From a virus, in the IMG/VR virus record IMGVR_UViG_3300017917_003388, positions 1 to 64,000 of that record: a stretch of 64,000 nt of DNA. One strand, 5' to 3'. Position numbers and translations under genes: made by a program. Each line of letters begins with the position of its first letter. Position 1 is the stretch's first letter. The notes beneath the pieces are model-generated. The model did not search any database, was not told where the DNA came from, and saw only the letters and a program-made list of their open reading frames with translations. Positions 1 to 10,450 of the stretch are shown in pieces.

Positions 1-251
1 CACAAATTATGAAGTTCACTTGAATATCTACCCCAGCCTTTTCCTTTTTTAGGTAATTTTCTTTTATCAACTTTACTACCATCATTCCAAACTAATTTAC
101 CACCAACATTTTTGATATATTCATTACTTTTAAATGAATAATGTCTAATCCATGTATGGTATTTCAAACAATGTTCAATTGCATCTTTAGTCTCATATAA
201 TACCCTTTCGTGAGATGATACATAAGGGTTAAAAAATCTTTCTATAAACAT
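1..251 (-). CDS. hypothetical protein, runs off window start
   Basis: ATG at 251, open frame MFIERFFNPY... to the edge. Confidence 0.6.
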   Translation of the reverse strand, partial: MFIERFFNPYVSSHERVLYETKDAIEHCLKYHTWIRHYSFKSNEYIKNVGGKLVWNDGSKVDKRKLPKKGKGWGRYSSELHNL

Positions 252-264
252 AATTATTTATTTT

Positions 265-377
265 TGTAGTCAGAACAGGATTCGAACCTGTAATGTAACC
301 TTGTGTATTTGTTTCAATACAATCTCCGTCTATAGTTACTACGGTATACTTGCGTCTACCAATTCCGCCACCTGACT
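265..377 (-). ncRNA. tRNA-like element (Leu-type D arm, canonical T arm, expanded non-canonical centre)
   Basis: Acceptor AGTCAGG/TCTGACT, D arm TGGCGGAATTGGTAGACGC, T arm ACAGG-TTCGAAT-CCTGT; about 60-nt centre with no standard anticodon arm; no encoded CCA. Confidence 0.75.
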
Positions 378-379
378 AA

Positions 380-571
380 TTAAAAATAAATATTTAATAA
401 TGAAGCAGTATATTTACCATCTTCCCATTTTACTCTTTTAATAACACCACCCGGTCTATTACAATGTTTTAATAGTTGTTCGTCTGAACAATTATTGTTA
501 AACCAAGGTTCTGATTTATTATCTTTTTCAAAGACAATATGTTCAGGGGTATTTTTAATGATTGATATCAT
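380..571 (-). CDS. hypothetical protein
   Basis: ORF directly downstream of promoter repeat. Confidence 0.6.
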   Translation of the reverse strand: MISIIKNTPEHIVFEKDNKSEPWFNNNCSDEQLLKHCNRPGGVIKRVKWEDGKYTASLLNIYF

Positions 572-596
572 GGTTATTGGTTTTTCTTTATTTGAA

Positions 597-630
597 GTAA
601 ATATAAAATTTAAGATTTTGAAATCCTAAT
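597..630 (-). promoter_or_regulatory. 34-bp putative early promoter repeat
   Basis: ATTAGGATTTCAAAATCTTAAATTTTATATTTAC, similar to Bacteroidota -33 TTG / -7 TAnnTTTG. Confidence 0.75.
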
Positions 631-1273
631 CCCCTACATCTTCCACATCTTCCATTATTAATGGGGTATCAATATCTATATTAAGTTCAGGTCTATCTAA
701 GCATATAATTCCTTCAAACATGATACATTCTTTACCCCCAATTTTTAATGAACTTATAGGTAATGTATAAACAAAAATTAAATTCAGTATTTCTCTTTGT
801 TCATCATTACTATACATGAATAAATCATCTATTAATTGTTTAGGTACAGTAGTAACCCCATATTTCATTAAATTTGGTAAAATCTGTTCATCTATCTTTA
901 TTCTAAATTTAGGACAAGCATAATTTATATATTTAAAATATATATTATAATCAATTAGATTATAGAATGATGGATTTATAAAATAATCATCCAACGCATT
1001 AACCACTTTCTGTAAATCCGACAATGTTTTTACCTCAGGAAAAGAATATTTTTCACCCACCCCATAACTGTTATATCCTATTATATTATCAACAAATGAG
1101 TGTTTATTTTTAATACCAAGAGCATTAAAAATATAATCATTACCCATATATGTATAAAAATTGGAAAGGTAATATGAATTTTCTACTCCCGAAACCACAT
1201 ATGTGAATAAGTTATTAATTGTTGGAAAATTTATATTAGTAAATTTTACTATATCACCAAGTTGTAATTCCAT
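626..1273 (-). CDS. hypothetical protein, C-terminal domain shared with 6600..7229
   Basis: YFKYINYAC...IDEQILPNL...SNDEQREIL vs YRKYIDKAC...IDEKVGPQL...SNSEQKEIL. Confidence 0.8.
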   Translation of the reverse strand: MELQLGDIVKFTNINFPTINNLFTYVVSGVENSYYLSNFYTYMGNDYIFNALGIKNKHSFVDNIIGYNSYGVGEKYSFPEVKTLSDLQKVVNALDDYFINPSFYNLIDYNIYFKYINYACPKFRIKIDEQILPNLMKYGVTTVPKQLIDDLFMYSNDEQREILNLIFVYTLPISSLKIGGKECIMFEGIICLDRPELNIDIDTPLIMEDVEDVGD

Positions 1274-2219
1274 ATTTATTGTTTAATTAATTCATAGGTT
1301 GATGTCCACCAATATATAAATTCAACTGTTTAGCTCTAAACCACTCTTCCTCATTTAATTCTCTACAATATAAAATATTACATATATTACCTTGTTCGTT
1401 TGAAACCAAAATAAATGCTTCAATTGATGTTACTTCGGTGAAAATGGTTTTTATTTGACCATTTATACTAACTGTTAAATGATATTTTTTCATAACTATT
1501 TAAATTTTTTATTTTACAAATCTGTATATTCTATATTGAATTTTGTATAGAAAATTTCATCCGCTGTTCTATTTACATCATCTTCGATTTCTTCATCATC
1601 CATATCATCTTCACAATAACCTAAAAAATCAATTACATTTTGTTTGATTTTTTGGTATTCTTCTTCATAGTCGATTTTATCCATAATTTAGTTTTTACTT
1701 TCTAATTTTTCCAACCAATCTTTTCGAATTTCTTCATAAAAGTTTTTAATATCTTCATCTAAATCATAATCAGATAATTTTAAATTATGACATTTGATAA
1801 GATAATCTTTAATATGTGATTCTGATAATTTGTCTAGTCTCAAAAATATACCTGGATTAGCATATACTGCTCCATTATCTTTATCATTAAACCAACTATT
1901 GAATACACTAATATTAAAAATAGCATATTTTTTAGGAATGAAATGTTTTTGATTTTTCTTAAAAAATACATTTATGATATCCATATATGTTCTATTTATT
2001 TATGGTTTACACAGTAATCCATCATTTCTTGCATTTTCAAAATCAAAACCTCCATTTCATATCTATTTAAATATAATCTATTATTTGGAGTTTTATCATC
2101 TAATTCTTTTGTTTCTACAATAATACCATCATAGTTTTCAGTAGGATAAACATATACATTTTGTTCGTCAGTGGCAATTTCTATTCTGTGCCAAACTTTA
2201 TTACCCATATTTTTATTTT

Positions 2220-2251
2220 CAATATAAAATTTAAGATTTTAAAATCCTAAT
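2220..2251 (-). promoter_or_regulatory. early promoter repeat copy
   Basis: Same motif as 597-630. Confidence 0.75.
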
Positions 2252-2282
2252 AAAAAGGGTGTTCAAATTAATGAACACCCTT
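2252..2282 (-). terminator. intrinsic terminator abutting promoter repeat
   Basis: AAGGGTGTTCA-loop-TGAACACCCTT with T tract on minus strand. Confidence 0.8.
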
Positions 2283-2306
2283 ATTCAATTACATCAAATT
2301 AATATA

Positions 2307-2885
2307 TCAAATGGCTTGATATAATGCGTTAAGAGCTCGAATATTAATCATTTTATCTGAATCAATATTTGCTCCAATTCTACCCACTTGGATACCTAAC
2401 TCTTTTCCATCAATGATATTAAAGGCATCAACGATAGTTTTCATTTCTTCTTTAGTAAATGAACGGCATCCCCAATTCACTCCACTACCAGGAGTAATAC
2501 TACTTTCATATCCTTCAATTTCTATTTTTTGAGCAAGTTTAGTTACTCTAAAGAAATCAGGATTATCAAATAATGGGTCATATTGTGTGTTGAATGGTGT
2601 ATTTAAATCATATGGGCATCCGGGGTATGATTTGATACACTCAACCATAACTAAATCTCCTTGATTTGGTTTATCACTCATAAAAAATTCAGGAGCCCAA
2701 TTGTAATTTCCACCATCAATATCTAAGCGTACTCCTTTGTTATTTACACTTGTAACAGTACCTGTTTTACCACGATATGATTCCATATCCGATATAAATG
2801 CTACACCTTTTGAAGATTCGACCCCCCTTTTAATATCAGTTCGAATTGTGTAAGATTGTCCGATTTTTACGTTTGTTAATTCCAT
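2307..2885 (-). CDS. NWGCR-family paralog with SH3-like N-terminus
   Basis: CIKSYPGCP...IEGY...VNWGCRSFTKEE. Confidence 0.85.
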   Translation of the reverse strand: MELTNVKIGQSYTIRTDIKRGVESSKGVAFISDMESYRGKTGTVTSVNNKGVRLDIDGGNYNWAPEFFMSDKPNQGDLVMVECIKSYPGCPYDLNTPFNTQYDPLFDNPDFFRVTKLAQKIEIEGYESSITPGSGVNWGCRSFTKEEMKTIVDAFNIIDGKELGIQVGRIGANIDSDKMINIRALNALYQAI

Positions 2886-2913
2886 TTGTTTTTGTTTTTA
2901 GTTTATATTTGGA

Positions 2914-3747
2914 TTATTTGTTTAAATACTTATTGAGTTTTGAAATCACATAGAAATTCACTTTTGTGAAACCTTCTCCATCTCGCCCAATTCCAATATT
3001 AAGATCTTTTCTTTGGAAAATACCAAATGCTTGATCAATAATAGAAATTTCATCTTTAGTAAAAGAACGACATCCCCAATTTACGTTTCCTGCATCTTTA
3101 TTTACATTCATTTTATATCCTTCAATCTCCATATCCATGACACCAATAGATTCAGTATAATTTGGGGTAAAGAAATCAGGATCGCTAAAATAACCATCAG
3201 GGAATTGACATATTTGGTCTTTATTAATTTTATCCCCTACATTGAATGGACAGTTTGGAAATGTTTTAATACATGTATATGAATCTAAATCCCTTGATTC
3301 AATTTCCAACAACATTTCAGGTGTATAATTCCAACCTCTATAAATTATCTTATTTTTATCTGAATTTAATTTGGTGCATTCAATATATTTACCAAAATAT
3401 TTTTACATTTCATGCATAACTGAATCATTCCCATATCTTTGATGTACAACTAAATCAGGTCGTACTAAATATGTTTTCCCAATTTCAAGAGTACTTGGGT
3501 GATTGAAAATATCGGTAAGAGTAATTTCAGAATGTAGTTCACTTTCGAAAGATTTGCTACCCTTCTGTGTATATGTTAATTTTAAATCACCATTGATGTA
3601 ATAATGTCCGGGAGTATATCTAGAATCATCCCACCTTTTCCAGGAATTATGACTATCTACACCTAATTCTTTTAACCTGTCAAAGATTAGAACATTAATT
3701 TTTTCATCATCGAAAAGACGAATTTTTTTCATTTGTAAATTTACCAT
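2914..3747 (-). pseudogene. NWGCR-family paralog interrupted by an in-frame TAA at 3403-3405
   Basis: ORFs 3403..3747 and 2914..3315 share a frame; the intervening codons read EM*KYFGKYIECTKLNSDKNKIIYRGWNYTPEMLL. Confidence 0.75.
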
Positions 3748-3795
3748 AACTGTTTGTTTTTTGTTTTAAGGGTTTTTTCTTAATTTCTTGATATT

Positions 3796-3829
3796 GTAAA
3801 TATAAGATTAAAGATTTTGAAATCCTAAT
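3796..3829 (-). promoter_or_regulatory. early promoter repeat copy
   Basis: Same motif. Confidence 0.75.
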
Positions 3830-3837
3830 CCCTGAAT

Positions 3838-4269
3838 TTATTTATTTGGTAATTTAAAACAAACTCCATTAAATACTGATGATTTGGAATTAACTAAATA
3901 TACATCTAAATCAGGGTAAATACTTTTTAAATAATTTTCAATCAAATGTGTATTACCTTTAGTTGAATAATATATTTTTATTCTTCTAATTGATTTATTT
4001 TTATTCAAATCATTAAAATAATATATTTTTCCAAATTTAGACTTAATATCATTAATTATATCTTTGTAATTATAATTATCCAAAATTGGTGTATTTTCAA
4101 TTATATTTATCTTATTTTTATCCCAATTATATTTTACCTCGGCATCATATGAATATTCATCAGGATTAATTTTATATTTACTCAATGCTTCTTCTTCAGT
4201 TTCAGCAATAATTACAGATTCTATATGTAATGTTGCTGGTATTTCTTCTTTTATAATAAATGTTTTCAT
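3838..4269 (-). CDS. hypothetical protein
   Basis: 143-aa ORF. Confidence 0.7.
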   Translation of the reverse strand: MKTFIIKEEIPATLHIESVIIAETEEEALSKYKINPDEYSYDAEVKYNWDKNKINIIENTPILDNYNYKDIINDIKSKFGKIYYFNDLNKNKSIRRIKIYYSTKGNTHLIENYLKSIYPDLDVYLVNSKSSVFNGVCFKLPNK

Positions 4270-4472
4270 TTTCTAATTAATTGTTTGATATAAACATATA
4301 TTTTGTTAAAAATTGAAAAAATATATGTAAAAAATCCGATAATCCCTAATACTATAAATACAATGTTAATCCATATTAATCCAATTAAAAATACAACAGA
4401 TGATATGGAAAATAATAATATAATAAATAATAAAAATAATAAAAATGATATAACCATTTGTTTTTAGGATAT

Positions 4473-4504
4473 AAAAATACCCACACCGTGTAGATGTGGG
4501 TATT
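4473..4504 (-). terminator. intrinsic terminator
   Basis: AATACCCACA...TGTGGGTATT hairpin with T tract on minus strand. Confidence 0.7.
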
Positions 4505-4724
4505 ATTTGTTTTAAAAATATTAACTATTTGTTGAAATAATGTTCTTGGAACTCTTCAAAGGATATTAATTTATATCCATCTCTTACAGTATGACCCCAT
4601 AGTTTATCACTATGTAAATAACCATAAGCACTTCCATCCCTTTCTGCTAAACATTGTATTTTCCAACTTCTCCATTGTTCCATAATTTCAACATTTTCTC
4701 TAGTTAGGCGAACTGCCCATTTAC

Positions 4725-5375
4725 TCAACTTTTTTTTTGAACTACACCAGTTGTCTTAAACTCAATATATTGTTCAAGTTTTTCAAGTTTACTAGCAGGA
4801 ATTGGATTCCTAACAGCTCTTCCAGTAGTAAAGCCAAGATCATGGTCATTCAAAATACGAACTGCTTTTACCACTGCTGAAAAATCTTCTCTGGTAAATC
4901 TACGACATCCCCAATTAATTGTAGAACCATCATCACTAACTTCAACATTATAACCTTCAATATTCAATGCTGGTTTTTTCATTGTTGGGATTGTAGGAGC
5001 CAGTACCGCTTCAAAATATTCAGGTAAAAAATACTCAGTTGGATGGTCAGTTAATTTAACTTTTTGCCCAACTTTATATTGACATCCAGGGAATGTTTTA
5101 ATACATACATAATGACTGATTGTGTCTTCTGAAGTGGTTGTTGGTTGATCTACCAAATCTAACATACTTTGAGTCCATGTTACATTTGGAGAATTGAGTC
5201 CAAAATCAATTTTAACACCTTCATTGCGTACAATATTAGTTACTACTCCTTCTTGTCCAGCTAGTTGTTTCATTCGTTCTGTTAAGTCATATTGACCATA
5301 AGGTTCCATACGAGGATTTTGTTTTACTCTAACTCTATCCCCAACATTAAGACTATTTAATTCTTCTTTTTTCAT
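4725..5375 (-). CDS. NWGCR-family paralog with SH3-like N-terminus
   Basis: LNVGDRVRVK; CIKTFPGCQ...IEGY...INWGCRRFTRE. Confidence 0.85.
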   Translation of the reverse strand: MKKEELNSLNVGDRVRVKQNPRMEPYGQYDLTERMKQLAGQEGVVTNIVRNEGVKIDFGLNSPNVTWTQSMLDLVDQPTTTSEDTISHYVCIKTFPGCQYKVGQKVKLTDHPTEYFLPEYFEAVLAPTIPTMKKPALNIEGYNVEVSDDGSTINWGCRRFTREDFSAVVKAVRILNDHDLGFTTGRAVRNPIPASKLEKLEQYIEFKTTGVVQKKS

Positions 5376-5418
5376 AACTGTTTCTGTTTTTGTTTTTATT
5401 TATTAAAAAATTTGAAAT

Positions 5419-5844
5419 TTACTTGATTGGATGAATGTAAAAATAAATATGTGTTGGATATTCATCAGTTTCAAACACATACAATAATGTAGGACATAAC
5501 CACATCATATGATCATCTTCAACACACAAATAATACCCACCACTGTTAACAGGAGGGTGGTTATATCTAATTAGTGTTTCAGCATCGTAACCAATTCCGC
5601 AGTTTACTAAATTTTTACAATTTTCAAATTCACTATTCGAAACTGTAACAGTAACACGGTCATTTCCATATGAGTATTTCTCTAAAAATGTATCAGCACC
5701 TGCTACCATTAATAGATTTCCTTTAAAACCAAACCCACCTTCTAAAAAATCGGGTAGATCAACATACCACAATCCATTTTCTTTAACAAAATCAATTGTT
5801 TTGTGAATAGGTTTTTGGGTAACCTCAATTTGTGTATTTTCCAT
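5419..5844 (-). CDS. conserved phage hypothetical protein
   Basis: WYVDLP...LLMVAGADTFL...WLCP motifs. Confidence 0.75.
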   Translation of the reverse strand: MENTQIEVTQKPIHKTIDFVKENGLWYVDLPDFLEGGFGFKGNLLMVAGADTFLEKYSYGNDRVTVTVSNSEFENCKNLVNCGIGYDAETLIRYNHPPVNSGGYYLCVEDDHMMWLCPTLLYVFETDEYPTHIYFYIHPIK

Positions 5845-5861
5845 TGTTTTTTTTTATTATT

Positions 5862-5895
5862 GTAAATATAAAATTTAAGATTTTGAAATCCTAAT
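5862..5895 (-). promoter_or_regulatory. early promoter repeat copy
   Basis: Identical to 6564-6597. Confidence 0.8.
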
Positions 5896-5897
5896 TC

Positions 5898-6533
5898 TTA
5901 ATCTTTAAGAGAATTTAAATAGTCAACCAAATGACCAAATTCATTTGGGTCTACACTACTAAATAATCCATCATATCCTAATCCAAACTGTAAATCTTTA
6001 TTTTGGAGCATAAGTATTGTTTTATATGTATCTTTAATTTGTTCAAAAGTAAATTCTCTACAACCCCAATTTACAGTTTTACTTGATTCATTTATATTAA
6101 GTTCATAACTATGAAGTGTTAAATTAAAATTAGGCATATTAACTACTTCAAAATCAAAATATTCAGGATCTACTAAATGACATAAGCCATCATCGACCAT
6201 ATTTCTTAAATCAAATATATCTCCTTCCTTTACACCGGGAAATGATTTTTTACATCGGATCAAATTACCTATTGGTTTAATCTCATTATTCCCAAAATTC
6301 CAATTCACCTGAGTATTAAAGTTAATTCTACCTTCTGTAGATTCCGACTTAATCCCAATATTAAGATCCTTTACACTACCAAACCCATATGTTGGTTCTT
6401 TCCCATTTAAATCCAAAATACCCAAACCAATATAGGAACTAGAGGTACTAATGTATCCAATTTTAGATAATGGAGAAAATTCTTCATAACCACTTGTTAG
6501 TTTGGTTTTGAAATCAATAATTTGTTTTTTCAT
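5898..6533 (-). CDS. NWGCR-family paralog
   Basis: CKKSFPG...DPEYF...VNWGCREFTFE. Confidence 0.85.
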   Translation of the reverse strand: MKKQIIDFKTKLTSGYEEFSPLSKIGYISTSSSYIGLGILDLNGKEPTYGFGSVKDLNIGIKSESTEGRINFNTQVNWNFGNNEIKPIGNLIRCKKSFPGVKEGDIFDLRNMVDDGLCHLVDPEYFDFEVVNMPNFNLTLHSYELNINESSKTVNWGCREFTFEQIKDTYKTILMLQNKDLQFGLGYDGLFSSVDPNEFGHLVDYLNSLKD

Positions 6534-6563
6534 AACTGTTTGTTGTTTGTTTGTTTGTTTATT

Positions 6564-6597
6564 GTAAATATAAAATTTAAGATTTTGAAATCCTAAT
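6564..6597 (-). promoter_or_regulatory. early promoter repeat copy
   Basis: Same motif. Confidence 0.8.
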
Positions 6598-6599
6598 TC

Positions 6600-7229
6600 T
6601 TAATTTTCTTCAAAATCAATAGTGGTTACATTTAAAATTTTCCCATCAATTAATCTAACACATTTTTTAGTATCTTCCAACACAACACATTCCTCAGAAT
6701 CAATATGTATAAATTCTCCTGGTTTTAATTTTTTTAAACCTATTTTAAAAATTGTTTTAAGTATCTCTTTTTGTTCAGAATTTGAATGTTGATATAACTT
6801 TTTAATAAAATCCTGACTTAAATATACTTCTCCTTTTCTTAAAAGTTGAGGACCTACTTTTTCATCAATAATTTGTTGCCATTTATAACAAGCCTTATCG
6901 ATATATTTTCGATATGTTTCTAAAGTTAACATATATCTTTTATCATCATTGGTAGATGTAAAATGTTTTTTGATACATGAAATAAAAAAATCCAACATTA
7001 ATTCTGTACCATTACAATCAATATAACTCATCACCACCCTATCATTGCCTAAATAACCTTTAACTATAAATAAATTATCTGCACCAATAATAGTACTACC
7101 ATGTTTTACTTTATCAAATAAACCTTCATACCAACTTCCATTTATTTCTGGAAGTGAACAATTAAATGTTGATCCTAATTTATAATCTTGTTGATCAGGA
7201 TGGGTTGGGGTTGATTTCATTTTTGGCAT
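6600..7229 (-). CDS. hypothetical protein, paralog of 626..1273
   Basis: Shared C-terminal domain. Confidence 0.8.
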   Translation of the reverse strand: MPKMKSTPTHPDQQDYKLGSTFNCSLPEINGSWYEGLFDKVKHGSTIIGADNLFIVKGYLGNDRVVMSYIDCNGTELMLDFFISCIKKHFTSTNDDKRYMLTLETYRKYIDKACYKWQQIIDEKVGPQLLRKGEVYLSQDFIKKLYQHSNSEQKEILKTIFKIGLKKLKPGEFIHIDSEECVVLEDTKKCVRLIDGKILNVTTIDFEEN

Positions 7230-8162
7230 AATTGTAATTTATTTGGGGTTTTAGATTATTCTGTTGAGTTATTATGTTTATGTTTATTTCTAGAGTATTT
7301 CTTCCCACAAGGTTTAAATTTTTGAATCATTTTGCGTCTTATAATTTGAGCAACATGACGTTCATTTAATCCATTTATGGTTTTTTTATCTTTCATGGTT
7401 ATTAAATCCAAGTTTTTACTTTATATGCTTCATAATCATATAGATTAGGACCATAGTGTGATAAACCTTCTGTAACTCCATATTTTATTACAGTGTTATT
7501 TTTAAGATTTCTACTTTCCCAAGTCCAATAACCTTTATTATCTCGAACAGGTAATGTGATTACTTCACACTTAATTCCGATATTGTATTCAAATTCGTAA
7601 TGTATATCACCTACTTTAATATTTTCGACAATTACATTACCTTTAGTTAGTGTTGCCATAAATTGATTTACATTTCATTTATAACTCTTAACTCTCCAGC
7701 ATTTGCATATCTACCGTTAGATAGTCTAAAACGTATTGGTTTACAACCATATCCTGTTAGTATTCCACCTTGTTTAACAGGATATTTTTTTGATTTTTTC
7801 TTACCAACTACTGTTACAATTGTACCAATCATATCTTTTTTATGTTCATGAGAGGTACATTTGAATACATATGATTCTCCTATTTTTACATCTGTCTGTT
7901 TCATGTTATTCTCCTTGTAAATATTCTTCTAACGCATCTCTATAATCATAGAGTTCATCATATGCTTGTTCACTTAATAATTGAGAACATAATATATTTT
8001 CAATTGTTTCAAAAATATATTTAAGAGCTGAAAAATTTGATTTTTCAAATGGTTCACCAGCAAATGAATCTCTAAATTGTTCCGAAACTGCTGAACCATG
8101 AATTGAAGTAATATAACCTTCAATTAAATTTTCTACTGATAACATTTTATTTTTTCTTTATT

Positions 8163-8196
8163 GTAAATATAAGATTAAAAATCTTAAAATCCTAAT
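8163..8196 (-). promoter_or_regulatory. early promoter repeat copy
   Basis: Same motif. Confidence 0.7.
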
Positions 8197-8197
8197 T

Positions 8198-10003
8198 TTA
8201 AAATATAATTTTTTCTACTTCACTTCTAATTTCACCTAAATTAGTTTGATTAAAGAATTGACCATTTTTATAAATAGTTTTTAACATATTTTCTTCACTA
8301 TTGTATTTTTCTTCAGATACTTCTCCTTCAACCATAATTTCTCCTTTTTGTTCATATACAAATTGGAATCCTTTTAATGATTTTTTAGTACCATCATCTG
8401 TAATTGGGTCTTTGTATATATTATATATGTTGATTTCAGTCCATTGAGCGGGTTCTAGAGCTTCTGGGGATTGAGAAGGTAACCAATCAGACATTTCTTC
8501 TATGGTTTCAAACCAACAACCTTTAATAGCATACCCAGCTGAATCTCTTGTTAACATAACATAGGTACATGAACCTACACCTACTACAACATTTGTTGCA
8601 GCAAATCCTTTAGCAGCCAAACGTGTATAGATATTTACTTGACGTTCTAGGTTAATTGAGTCGCCATAGATACAACCAATATGTGAATCCAAACGTTTAT
8701 ATCCTGTTGAAGTTGTTTCTCCTCCAAAGATATCCCAAAGAAGTTCTACTACACCTTTGTGTTTTGGTTCAGGTGATACTTCTTCCCACTCAGCGTGATG
8801 AGGCAAATTAATTAATTTATAATATTTATCACCATTTTTCCAAATAGTATTATGCCAATGTTCACCAACTTTAGGATTATCAGGATATGCCCTACCTGAT
8901 TGGTCATAATTCAAATTACCAACCTTAGATTCACCACAAACAATATCTACAGGATCACCTGAGTCAGGACGGATTACTAATTTGCCTTCACGAGCAAGAA
9001 TCAAATCTTTTAAACGTGGTAAAATATGAGTAATAACTTTCCAAAGGTTCATAGTATCAGATACAACTGAAAGGATACCTTTTGGGAATTTTTTCAACCA
9101 ATCACGAAGATTCAAACACTCTGCAATCGCAAGATAATCAGGGTTTTCAACAGAACCTTCACTAGGTACATCTTTAAATGAGTAGTACCATTCAATTTCA
9201 TGATTTAGTTTACCTTCACGAAGTTGTTTTTCATAATAGAAAATACCTGTACAAGTAACTGAGTGTTCAGAAGCATTTACTGAATAGATAGGTACTTGAT
9301 TTTCATCAAAATCATAGTAATATCTTGATGCTGGGATTACATTTAGTGTATCACTTCCTTTATTTGAGAAAGCATGACCTAAACCAACAGCAATTGAAGT
9401 AAATGGATTACCTCCTCGTGAATGAAAATCATGACACATGAAATCTGCCAACCATAAATTTTCTGGGTCTGTTTTTTTAACAGCTTTTATAGCATTTTTC
9501 TTAAATTCAAGTCCAATAGTAGCTGCAGTAGGACATTGCCATGACAATTTAGACACTAATGTTTCTAGAAATAAACCCAACCATGCATAATCATCTTCTG
9601 TATTAATACCAGACATATGGGGAATGTTTGGGTTTGTAAGAATACCTTCTTTTAATGCTTTAATTTCTACAGGAAGATAACCTAATGTATGTAATTCACT
9701 AAATCCCTTAAAATCATAAGGCATCATAAGATATTCAGACATATCTTTTGTGAATTTATGAGCAACTTCTATAGGTTGATCAAAGAAATTTTCTTGGAAC
9801 GTTGAATGGATGTAACGCCAAGTAATTTGTTGTCCACCACTCATAATTTTCTTAATACTTGCAGGCATGTATTTAAGATTTCGTGGAATCCAAGTCCATG
9901 CTTCACGTGAAGTATGAGGAGCAATCATTAAAGGATGTCCTACTTTATATCCATCAGCTTCATATAATGGATTAATCTTAAATGTTTTATTTAATTTTTC
10001 CAT
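8198..10003 (-). CDS. nicotinamide phosphoribosyltransferase-family protein (NAMPT/Namat-like)
   Basis: DGYKVGH, HDFHSRG, ASEHSV, SVVSDT, IRPDSGDP, IYGDSI, KDPITDDGTKKSLKG motifs. Confidence 0.95.
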   Translation of the reverse strand: MEKLNKTFKINPLYEADGYKVGHPLMIAPHTSREAWTWIPRNLKYMPASIKKIMSGGQQITWRYIHSTFQENFFDQPIEVAHKFTKDMSEYLMMPYDFKGFSELHTLGYLPVEIKALKEGILTNPNIPHMSGINTEDDYAWLGLFLETLVSKLSWQCPTAATIGLEFKKNAIKAVKKTDPENLWLADFMCHDFHSRGGNPFTSIAVGLGHAFSNKGSDTLNVIPASRYYYDFDENQVPIYSVNASEHSVTCTGIFYYEKQLREGKLNHEIEWYYSFKDVPSEGSVENPDYLAIAECLNLRDWLKKFPKGILSVVSDTMNLWKVITHILPRLKDLILAREGKLVIRPDSGDPVDIVCGESKVGNLNYDQSGRAYPDNPKVGEHWHNTIWKNGDKYYKLINLPHHAEWEEVSPEPKHKGVVELLWDIFGGETTSTGYKRLDSHIGCIYGDSINLERQVNIYTRLAAKGFAATNVVVGVGSCTYVMLTRDSAGYAIKGCWFETIEEMSDWLPSQSPEALEPAQWTEINIYNIYKDPITDDGTKKSLKGFQFVYEQKGEIMVEGEVSEEKYNSEENMLKTIYKNGQFFNQTNLGEIRSEVEKIIF

Positions 10004-10015
10004 AATTATATTTTT

Positions 10016-10450
10016 TTAACATACATCATCTAAATGTTTGAGGGAATTTAATTTTATCCGTTGAGCATACATTGCTTGTCTTAATATTTCTTTTGCTTCT
10101 TCAATTCCTGCTCTGTCGTCTAGATATATATTAGCATATGGTTTAGTTTTATTACCATATGGTAAATCTATTGGATTAGAATTGATACTATCTATTTCTA
10201 ACCCTTTACTTCTACAATATGATTTTATATATTCAAATCTATCTTCATGGCAAGCAGTAAATATAACTATATATGCTCCTGTATTTTTTACTTCTTTAAG
10301 TAAACTAATAGTATCATCACATTCCTCATCATTTGTTAATTTCCAAGGACTAATAGTATCATCAAAATCCACAGCTATTAAAATTCGACTATGTACTTCC
10401 CATTCTTGGATTAGTCTGTCTAAATATTTATTATTTACTATCTTCATCAT
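10016..10450 (-). CDS. HAD-superfamily hydrolase
   Basis: IAVDFDDTI, IFTAC, KPYANIYLDDRA. Confidence 0.85.
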   Translation of the reverse strand: MMKIVNNKYLDRLIQEWEVHSRILIAVDFDDTISPWKLTNDEECDDTISLLKEVKNTGAYIVIFTACHEDRFEYIKSYCRSKGLEIDSINSNPIDLPYGNKTKPYANIYLDDRAGIEEAKEILRQAMYAQRIKLNSLKHLDDVC

